A stretch of DNA of 62,829 nt, the filler included, from Dugesia japonica (Eukaryota): assembly GCA_001938525.1 (NCBI GenBank). It is 5 parts of 5 records of this genome, joined end to end, with 100 filler letters (N's around TTAATTAATTAA, not from the genome) between each part and the next. Parts side by side here need not be neighbours in the genome. Positions count along the whole stretch, not along the records: positions 53,478 to 62,829 come from MQRL01646382.1; 4 more parts are not named here. One strand, given 5' to 3'. A program made the translations under genes and the position numbers. Below the pieces are notes generated by a model. It was not told the origin of the DNA and did not search any database. It worked only from the letters and a program-made list of their open reading frames with translations. Positions 53,378-62,829 of this stretch are shown in pieces; positions within the stretch are counted from its first letter, which is position 1, and every line of letters starts with the position of its first letter.

Positions 53378-55139
53378 NNNNNNNNNNNNNNNNNNNNNNN
53401 NNNNNNNNNNNNNNNNNNNNNTTAATTAATTAANNNNNNNNNNNNNNNNNNNNNNNNNNNNNNNNNNNNNNNNNNNNGCCAAAATTCTTCAGACAATCTT
53501 TCATTATATTTGAATTTATTCTATTTAACAGATTTGTTGTTGAACAACTTGAGCATTTAGCCTCTGTCTTTATAATATTCTTTGAGCAATTTTCACATTG
53601 GTAGCAAGATATCAGTCTGGGATTAGGTATAACCGAAATGCTAAAAGCAAAACCGCGAACAGTTGTCACCACAAGTAGTAAAAAAAAATTTACAAAGTTT
53701 GATATGCAAAAACATTTTTCTTTCTTTTATATATTGTTATTATTTTAATGTATTTTTTATCTAATATTTTGACAACAGTCCAACAAATATTTTCATTTTT
53801 ATTTATTTGTTTATTTGATATTAATTTTTATACAATAAAATGAATCAATAATTTTGTTGTTGTATTGAAATTGTGTCATTCTTATAGAATCAAGTCTACA
53901 AATTCGCAAATAATACTTAAATGAAATTGCTTTTTGCAGAATTCTATATTGATTCTATTTGCTTTTAACTTTGATTATTTCGATTGGATGGCAAACTATA
54001 ATGTAGTTCTAAATGAAAATGTTAGGAGAGCTGCTTATTTTGATTGACATTAACTTCTTAGAGAACTGTTCCGACGTACGCATTTTCCAAACCTTTGAAA
54101 TCATAATTTCGTCGTAATTAGTAAGTTTAATTTAGTCGATGTTGATAATAATATTAGAATAAACTCAAATTTGCCATTTACCATTAGCCTTATAAGTTAT
54201 TTTTTAGAATACAAGTGACTTAGAGAGGTTAAAATTGAGTGGTTTATGCACAAATTTTATATATGAAAGTTAAGGAGTTATGAAACCCAGCATCTTCTTT
54301 CTTGCAGAGAATCACTAAATCTTTTCCTTCCATATAAAATCATATTGTTATTACAGTTTTGTACTCAAACTATTAAAATATAATTTTTCATTCGTGGTCA
54401 TAAACAAAATTTTAATGATTTTGAAAATGTAGATTTGTATTATAAACAGCAAAGTTCTACATTATGTTTGTTTGACCGAACTCTCAAAATTAAAGCGGAG
54501 ACCAAATCAAGGGTAGCCTTGGTGACAAACTGGGTAGACCAAAGTCTACTTGTTTTTATAAACTGTAACTCTAACCAACTGGGTCCTGAAATAGTCTCAT
54601 TTAATGTTAATATGGGAAATTTAATACTTCTACGACAATTTTTGTTTATTTCCTTAAATGACTAATCCTTTAGGCTCAACTTTAGTGCATACAATTTAGT
54701 TATAATTAAAGATTAATTAATAAGTTGAAATTTGTTAATTTATACACATCAAACCTTTTATAATGTAGTGCGGTCTGAGCATTTGAACATTACTGAAAAC
54801 CGTTTAAAATTTCCACTAGACTGAATCAAATACCACTCAGTATTTGCACCACTCAACATTTAGTACTGGCTATTGAGTATGAAATTCTCATGAAACTAGA
54901 ATGCTAAAATATAATTAATATAACTAATGAGTTTTCAAATTACGAATTTTTATTCAGCCGATTTTTTTTAGATTTTTAAGTTTTTAGAAGTTGTGCGTGG
55001 GCTGTTGATCTTTTTGTTTAAATAACGCGCAATTTATTATTTTTGTTTAAATTAAGTGAAAATAATTACTTTTGCGCTGTTTGTTTTAATGAAATTATTG
55101 TGTTAGTGTGCCACTACCCTTTGTAAACCAAATGACACA

Positions 55140-55502
55140 TTCTATCCCTGAAGTCTTTTGAGCAATGTAAAGTCAATATTTTATTTAATAAAACTCCAAA
55201 AAAAATTATCAAGATCCCCACACGTCCTTCGAGTCTATTTCCACACTTTCACAAACCACAACAACTTGACCTACTTTTAATAATTCTCAACAGCATCCCA
55301 AACACACTAAAAACATTTTAAAAATTCCAATTACACACTCACAGGATCAAAATTTTCTGATCAGATCAAGGAAAATAATTCAATAAAATCCATTTTGATC
55401 CCAAAAAAAAACTAGCACAAAAATTTTGGCACAATCCTAACCTATTTCTGAGTCCCCCATGGGGGTATTCAAATTGTGTCAGTGCGTCACTATCTACCTA
55501 CT
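55140..55502 (-). repeat. Polinton-type terminal repeat
   Basis: Ends CACTATCTACCTACT; CCCCCATGGGGG hairpin; AACTTGACCTACTTT and CAGGATCAAAA blocks complementary to 28150-28300. Confidence 0.6.
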
Positions 55503-55579
55503 CATATTTACTTAATGGTATTTGAAATTATAAATTGAGAATAAAAAATGAAGAATTAAAAATGTTGAGTTTATTTCTT

Positions 55580-55804
55580 TTATATTTGTCGAACTCAGCT
55601 TGCAAAACAGGATTAATTGCAATTGCAAATAATGTCATCGGAATTGGACATCCTTGTTTTACACCTTGTTTAATTGAAATATTTCCTTTTCTTAGAAACC
55701 CACAACAATAAAATGAACTTGTGTTAGTGTATGAGGTTAACAAAATTTATGGAAACATCGCTATATTGTAATAACGACTATATATACTCATGTGGAACAC
55801 TGCC
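55580..55804 (-). mobile_element. NeSL/Utopia/R2-type non-LTR RT, downstream half
   Basis: GSVPHE...KQGVKQGCPIPMTLFAIAINPVL. Confidence 0.85.
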
Positions 55805-58363
55805 TATTGGGTAAATCTTCAATTGGTATTTCATCTACTAAATCAAAACTAATATTTTGAGACATCATTTATTTTACTACTACAAACTCTGTTATTTATA
55901 AATAATTATTATTGAAAAGAACTGATTGAAACATAGTACTAAATTAACTCAATTTCTATTGGCTCAAAATATTAAATGATAATTATTTCCTTATACCCCC
56001 CTTCTTAAGAAATTTCTAAATTTTTCCACATTTCTTTCTAATCGCTGTCCATTTTTTCCTTGTTCCGCATACCGTCTTCGTTGAATTCTCACAATTATTC
56101 GATAAGGTCCTTCAAATCTGTTTTGACTTTTGTTTCTTGTTTCTATCTTAATATGCACAAAATCGCCCACTTTGAATTCTCGATTTGTATTCCCATCTGA
56201 AGTGTTTTTTTTAGTTCTATCTGAAACGTCTGACTCATACCACTTTTCTCTGCTAATTTTCTTTCCAAATAAGATCTCAGCCGNNNNNNNNNNNNNNNNN
56301 NNNNNNNNNNNNNNNNNNNNNNNNNNNNNNNNNNNNNNNNNNNNNNNNNNNNNNNNNNNNNNNNNNNNNNNNNNNNNNNNNNNNNNNNNNNNNNTGTCCT
56401 GAACTGTCTCTCAATTTGTCCGTTTGCATTATGATGATATGGACTTGAAAAGCAAAGTTTAATATCTAACTTCAATTCAAACTCTCTCATAACTTTGGAT
56501 TCAAAAGCTTTTCCACAGATGAGTCTTATTTCTCTTGGACAACCAAATCTCAATATCCACTTATCAAAAATAGCTTTTCGTATTGTTTCCTCGTCTTGTC
56601 TAGGCAATGGTATAAGAACCAGATATTTACTCTACTAGTCGATTTTTCCAAGAATGTATTTTTGTCGTCCACTTGTTTCCCTCATTGGCCCTCATATATC
56701 TGTGAATATGACTTCAAACAAATTTGTAGCTTCTAAACTCTTTGTCTTCTCTTTAGTTGGTGTTGTCACTACTTTGGTCTTCTAACAAATTTCACAGCTA
56801 CGAATTATCTTCTCCACAAATTCTTCGCAATGTATTTGATTTTTCTGACTCNTACCACTTTTCTCTGCTAATTTTCTTTCCAAATAAGATCTCAGCCGGG
56901 CTCTTTCCAGTGGTCTTCTGCTTTGTTGCATTCATTTGGTCTATTTTAAACGTGTCAATTCTAACACCATCCTTGCTGATTATGTGTCCAGGAAATTTGA
57001 AATAACTCACACTTTTCTGGATTAATTCTTAGATCAGCCTTCATTATTTCCGTCAATACTTTTTCAATAACTTCATATTGTTGATCTTTATTGTTTGTAA
57101 ATATCAGAATATCATCAAGATAAACCATGGCTCCATTGATTCCGCCTACCACTTTTGTCATCATCTCCTGNNNNNNNNNNNNNNNNNNNNNNNNNNNNNN
57201 NNNNNNNNNNNNNNNNNNNNNNNNNNNNNNNNNNNNNNNNNNNNNNNNNNNNNNNNNNNCTCGATTATATCGGTTTCTTGATCTTTCTGCAGTCACAAAT
57301 TTCTCACTTGTTCTTTTCATTTTTAAATTTGTGTAGCACTCTTCTGCTCTATCTCCACCATTACCACATTGTTTACACCTCACTTCTTGACATAACCTTT
57401 TAATATGGCCAACCTTTCCATATCCAAAAAATTATGTTGGTTTTTTATTTGGACAATCTTGACTTATATGTCCTGTTTTATGACAACTCCAGCACTCTAC
57501 CATTTTTTGGTGGGATAATTTGCTTTAGTATGACCAATCTTATGACATGATCAACATTCGACATTTTGTTTTTCCTTTTTTTGCTCCACATTCACTGTAT
57601 GATTTACAGGTTTCTTATAATTTCGACTTGTAACTTTCGCGTAACTTTTAACTGCATCAACTCGATCTCTGTTTTTCTCTACTCGATCTACTAACACCAT
57701 TGTTTCTTCAATTTCTTCTATATTCTCTCGTTTTTGCAAAGTTACTTCTTCTTCAATGTTTTTGTTATCTGAACAATATAGTAGCATTTTTGTTAACATT
57801 TTGTCTTTTGTAAAATCTTTATTGGTAAATAATCTTTCCACTTAATCTTTTACATTTCTAAATAAACTTGAATTTCTTCATCTCCACGCTTGTAGTTAGT
57901 CAAATTTTGAAAATCTTTGATAATATATTTCTCTTTCTTAAATGCCATACGTAAATGGGCCGGAAATCCTTCAATATTTTTCAACGTCTTTGCATATTCT
58001 TACAACAAATCTTCATCTAACATACAAGAGACTAATCTCTCCTGTTGTTTCACATGAATGATGTTTTGAGCTTCAAAATACAATTCACACCGCTTGATGA
58101 ATTTTTCAATATCATCTCCTATGCAGAAAACCTTCGGCAATAACCTCTCTGTAATAGAATCGGTATTTACCGCTGCCACCATATTAAGTAAATCTTCAAT
58201 TGATAATTCATTTTCCAAGTCAAAACTAATATTTTGAGACATCATTTATTTTACTACTACAAACTATAAATAATTATTTTTGAAAAGAACTGATTGAAAC
58301 ATAGTACTGAATTAATTCAATTTCTATTGGCTAAAAATGTTAAATAATAATTATTTCCTTATC
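55805..58363 (-). mobile_element. Internally deleted Gypsy LTR element; LTRs 58182-58363 and 55805-55995, PBS 58169-58181, PPT 55996-56006, TSD CTGCC
   Basis: Direct LTR pair; PBS TGGTGGCAGCGGT; PPT AAGAAGGGGGG; gag with several CCHC knuckles; VYLDDILIF; IN SPYHHNANGQIER, EGPY. Confidence 0.92.
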
Positions 58364-58825
58364 CTGCCGAAAGCGTCTTTGATATCTAACCATGCAACCG
58401 CTATTGAACTATCTTTTTCATATTTAAAATGTTCAAGAGCAGCAGATAATATTGAGTTATGTTCAATGCACCAATCATGCTCAGAACTCAGTGGTCCTTT
58501 TTGACCAATGTGCAAAATATCGTTATATTTAGACCAAGATCAACTATTTTGTGTCAAAATAGCAGCAAACAATTTATATACGACGGATAATAATGTGATG
58601 GGTCTCCAAGATAACATTTTATCATATTCTTCGTTTTTATTAGGTTTTGGTATCAAAGTTGTTTTGTATATTTTCCAGNTACTTGGAAGTTTACATAAAA
58701 TAAATATTTTATTGTANATTACTGTAAGAACGTTTCCTTCGGGATCAAGAATTTTCAAGTCACAATAATGTACTCCATCTTGACCAGGAGTGGAATTGTC
58801 AGTTTGTTTTAGTACGTTTTAACAA
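58364..58825 (-). mobile_element. NeSL/Utopia/R2-type non-LTR RT, upstream half
   Basis: STPGQDGVHY, LKILDPEG, WKIYKTTLIPK, WRPITLLSVVYKLF, QKG...CIEHN, AWLDIKDAFG. Confidence 0.88.
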
Positions 58826-58899
58826 TTCATTATGATTAATTATTTCTAGTTCCAAAATTTATTCAGAAGTTTTACCAAATTGTTTATAGTTTTATTTTA

Positions 58900-59290
58900 A
58901 TGCCAACTCCTGGAAATGAAAGGCTGAAGTAAGTGATTATATCATATAAGGTTGGTTTAACATTGACTTTATCATTAATGATTATGTTATGCACCTAAGA
59001 AACCGAAATTGTTGAACTATCATCAGCAAATGTTCATCTATAGTGGCATTGTTGAACCTGTTATTGTTGGTGATGTTAGTGTTCCACTGTTGAAATCCAT
59101 ATGGTTGGAAAAGTATTAAGATGATCAAGTGGTCCAAATAATTTTTGAAAATCTACTGTATTTACCAATATCCACATCGTGTATAAACAATATTGAAATC
59201 AATATACGAGATGATAATGGGAATTTAATCAATTTTGCTGAAGACTCAAAAACTCATTTAACACTACATTTTCGAAAAACAAACTTCTAA
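58900..59290 (+). pseudogene. Polinton minor capsid (penton/PX) C-terminal part
   Basis: MFIYSGIVEPVIVGDVSVPLLK...FENLLYLPI...INNIEINIRDDNGNLINF...LTLHFRK; one internal stop. Confidence 0.85.
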
Positions 59291-59306
59291 TCTAGATATC
59301 ATCTCA

Positions 59307-59660
59307 TTGTATAGTACTAGTCAAGCTGGGGGAGAATTACCATACTTTGTAGAAAAACAGTATGGTTCCAGATGGCTGCAATCAATTGTTCGATTTGCTT
59401 TGCCTATTCTTAGACGTATTGGAGCTATTGGTATGAAAACAGCTCAAGATGTGATATCAAATAAATCAAAAAAACTTTTGCAATCATTGAAAGCAAATGC
59501 ATTGTCTGAATTCATCAATTTTGAAGATTCTGCCGAACTTTCAAAAATGATACCAGAAAATAATACAAATCATAAAGGCGCTGAAATTAAACGTAAGAAA
59601 TCAATCATATCAGGCCTAAACAAACGAATGAAAGGCTATGGAACTATATTTGAAAAATGA
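59307..59660 (+). CDS. Polinton PW-like basic core/membrane-active protein
   Basis: QAGGELPYF..KQYG..WLQSIVRFALPIL: QxG motifs plus an amphipathic helix, lying between penton and major capsid. Confidence 0.7.
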   Translation: MYSTSQAGGELPYFVEKQYGSRWLQSIVRFALPILRRIGAIGMKTAQDVISNKSKKLLQSLKANALSEFINFEDSAELSKMIPENNTNHKGAEIKRKKSIISGLNKRMKGYGTIFEK

Positions 59661-60880
59661 TTTGTGGAAAAACTGAACTATGCATTTTTGATCGTCCGTC
59701 TCCACAAGGTGTTATTAAATATGGATCATTTGAAGATGTGTTTCCAATGAATTCAATTTCTGAAATGAGAAATGATGTAGAGTTTTTTATAAATGGATCG
59801 CAAACAGATTATCTGGATTTGAATCATATTTTATTTTATGTACAATTAAAAGTTGTCGATAAGTTTGGAAAAGACTTGGGTGAAAAGTCTGATGTAGTAC
59901 CAAACAACTTTGTGTTTTATACTCTGTTGAAAGATGTTATCCTTTCATTCAACAATATCAAAATCGAAGAAAATCAAAAGGCGACGAAACTCATATTCAA
60001 AAGGCTATGATTAAAACTGTTTTAAATTATAATGTAGATAGTAAGAACATTTGTCTTGCAGCAATCAGTTATGGAGATAAAAAAAGACAGACAAAAGTCA
60101 ATTAAATTATCAATGTCGTTGTCACTATGTGGTTCTTTGCCACTAAATTTCTTGGATCAACCAAAATATCTTATTCCTGGTGTTAATGTTCACATTCGAA
60201 TGAAAAGAGCACCCAATAGAATGGGTTTGGAAGCGACAACTGAGGAACCTAAATTTGTATTGCTTGATGCAAAATTAATGGCTAGAAGAGTTTGAGTTGA
60301 ATCATCAGTGCTAACAGGTCATCAAATTGGATTAAAGAAACAAAATGCCGTGTATCCAATCCGAACCAAGGAAATTGTGGCTTATGCAATCAGCAAAGCT
60401 AATACAACGTTTTATAAAGAGCAAATGTTTGGAGATCATCGATTACCAAACTTTTTGTTGGTAACATTTTAAAGTAGAGATCAATATAATGGTCAGTTTA
60501 AAATATCAACCTCAAATTCTGATCGTTTCAATGTCAAATCTATAAATCTATCTAAAAACAGTGATTATCGAGAATCATATACTCAAGACTTTGATAATTA
60601 GAGCACATCATACATGCAATCAATAGTTAGAAATATGGGATATCTATACAAGAATATGAATTTCGGAATAACACTTGAGAAGTTTAAAAATGAATATCTA
60701 TTCTTTACTTTTGTACTTGCTCCGGATTTTGATATTAATCAGAGTCAATTGCCCCAACATGGAAATATGAGATTGGATATCAATTTTGGAAGTGCACTGA
60801 TTATGCCTGCATATGTAATAATCTATGGAGTATTTGAAAATGAAATCCAGATTACATCAGACAGAGCTACGCTAATGTAA
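59657..60880 (+). pseudogene. Polinton double-jelly-roll major capsid protein (PY), frameshifted
   Basis: CGKTELCIF..PSPQ, VEFFINGSQTDYLDL, QPKYLIPGVNV.IRM.R, AVYPI, RLP....V.F, GNMRLDINF......VIIYG.FEN.IQI. Confidence 0.9.
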
Positions 60881-60949
60881 ACAATCTCAATATCATGGAA
60901 ATAGTTATCCATAATGAAGTAAGATTTGAATATTGTTATGATATTCCTT

Positions 60950-61291
60950 TAATAGTTCAATTCAGATAAATCAAATTGCTACAAACTGGGTTGGATCAGA
61001 GTTTCTCGGTGGGTTTCCATTGGATAAGCTTCCATTTATTCCAATTAATAAAGCCATAATCTTCAATAGGCAATCATCAAATCTCGATGGAGAACATTGG
61101 TTAGCAGTAAACCAGAAAATATACTGGTATTCGATCCATTTGGATTTTATTATCCACCAATGTTGATCTCCCATTTATCAAGATTATCAAAACTAATTGT
61201 GTACAACAGAATTCAATACCAACAATGGTTAACAACAACATGTGGTCAGCATTGCTAATTATGGTTGAAATTTAAACATTGTAATGTGTGA
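60950..61291 (+). pseudogene. Adenain-like cysteine maturation protease
   Basis: FLGGFPLDKLP, IIFN.Q.S..DGEHWLAV, FDPFG, YNRIQYQ....TTCGQHC; His/Asp/Gln/Cys catalytic positions present; one frameshift and one stop. Confidence 0.85.
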
Positions 61292-61664
61292 TAGGATTAA
61301 ATAAATATATTTGAAAATATGTTTGTTATTTACTTTGTTATTTACTAGGTTGATTTATTGTTTTATATCACCCTAAACAATATTAATGTGTTACAGGTAA
61401 TATTGATTTACCNNNNNNNNNNNNNNNNNNNNNNNNNNNNNGCACCGGTAATATTAATATTTAATATTATTGCTTCACCTGCATATTAATAACTCCCGGA
61501 AGTATAAATATTGATGTACACCTGAGAAATAAAGCTTTAAATATATAGGTCAAAAGTATAACAGTGTAAATTAATCAGTTTATAATTATCAAGTTTAAAG
61601 TTCATAAATTTTAAATTCTTTAATTTAAAATTTAACAGTCTATGCTTAATAGGCTTTTAAATTA

Positions 61665-61780
61665 AAAACGTAAATTCAAAGGTTTACTAAAAATAGCATT
61701 AACCAACAATGACAATAAGAGAGTATGGACACATGAAAACACTAGTGTTCCATAAGAACATTGTAGTTTGACCGCAATAA
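61665..61780 (+). pseudogene. C-terminal tip of protein-primed DNA polymerase B
   Basis: KIALTNNDNKRVWTHENTSVP*EH resembles the Polinton pPolB end KxALSxxDDKR...TLPYGH. Confidence 0.6.
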
Positions 61781-62234
61781 ATAAGACTTTGGATCAACAA
61801 TAGAATGTATAAGTAATGAATTTATTTGAACTTATTAGAAATTATTATTATTTAGTAATCAAACGAAGAATCCAAACAAATCTATGTATTCCAACTAGCT
61901 TTTATTGAACGGACATTATTAACTGTTTGTTATTATACATAATATATTTTCCTAAATGAGATTAGTGTCTTGATTTATTATTTTATTGTTAATAGTGTTA
62001 ATATTACAGTAGAAGAATTAAAATTAATAGACCTGCGATCATCTAATGTCTGGAGCATTGAATAGTTTATTCAGGGAGTATTTAATTTTGGTTACAACTA
62101 ATAATTCGGTTGATGAAGTTCAATAAAAATATTTTTTCAAACCAAAAAACTTGAAAAAATATTGCTGCTTAAATAGCCTAAAATTTGAAAATAATTCGCA
62201 AATCTTTTCAAAACACTATTAAAAATTACATAAT

Positions 62235-62413
62235 TTGTGTGCAAAAAATTTCCCAACTAAATACACAGAGAAAAAACAATTTCTCTGTAATAATATTACC
62301 TAATATGATGTCATTTTTAATTTTCCAACTAAATGCATTAAGATTAAGTTTCATTACTTCACTAATCTTGGGGGGTACTGAATGCAGAGGTTGATTGCTA
62401 CTATCTGTCTACT
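62235..62413 (-). repeat. Polinton-type terminal repeat; a further short end at 62541-62565
   Basis: Ends CTACTATCTGTCTACT; inverted match to 873-1145. Confidence 0.6.
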
Positions 62414-62779
62414 AAAGTCAACTGTTATCAATTCAATGCATGATATCTTTAAATTAAATCATTACTTATAATCATTATAGAAAAGCATTACCATTTAATA
62501 AAACATTTTTACAAAAATTATTACAATTAAAGAAGTATTTATCAGTGCGCTCCTATCTACCTACTTTCGTACCCAAATAAAAATTTTTCAGTAAATGATA
62601 CAAATTAAAAATTAAACAATTTAGATTATTCAGCTAAAATCAAAGTACAACTAAGAAATGTAGTGAAATGATGTAAACAACCAAATGATCTTCAGTTGAA
62701 ACATAAAAGTCTAACTTGAGCAACTATGCAAATCCTTCTCGATTTCTTGAAGATCCTAAAAATAATAAAATTATTATTA

Positions 62780-62829
<50 letters not shown>

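Noticed and set aside
873-62413. One giant 61-kb Polinton carrying piwi between inverted ends
   Set aside because: Flanks differ (CTAAAT vs AAAGTC), so there is no TSD; four contig spacers intervene; many independent ends exist.

Overview
AT-rich eukaryotic scaffold, most likely a triclad flatworm (planarian), judged from the PIWI protein and the 43-48 nt introns. It is stitched from contigs by N-TTAATTAATTAA-N spacers, so adjacency across spacers is uncertain. The only clearly intact conserved host gene is a two-coding-exon PIWI (piwi-1/smedwi-1-like, 809 aa, minus strand, 38549-41026) with a complete DEDH slicer tetrad. A second plausible host gene is a 134-aa MGCCC lipid-anchor orphan at 6528-6932. 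The rest is decayed, nested mobile DNA. It includes a Polinton/Maverick virion module (penton, PW-like core protein, major capsid, adenain protease) plus a pPolB tail and eight AG-starting Polinton-type ends. It also includes several Ty3/Gypsy relics: a Gmr1/SCAN-type element, a short-LTR element with TA..TA ends that splits a NeSL/R2-type LINE, and a two-copy gag-protease family with no recognisable RT core and an envelope-like ORF. Penelope-like elements with minimal hammerhead ribozymes and mariner, hAT and MULE fragments complete the picture. All family calls come from motif recognition by eye; no database search was run.
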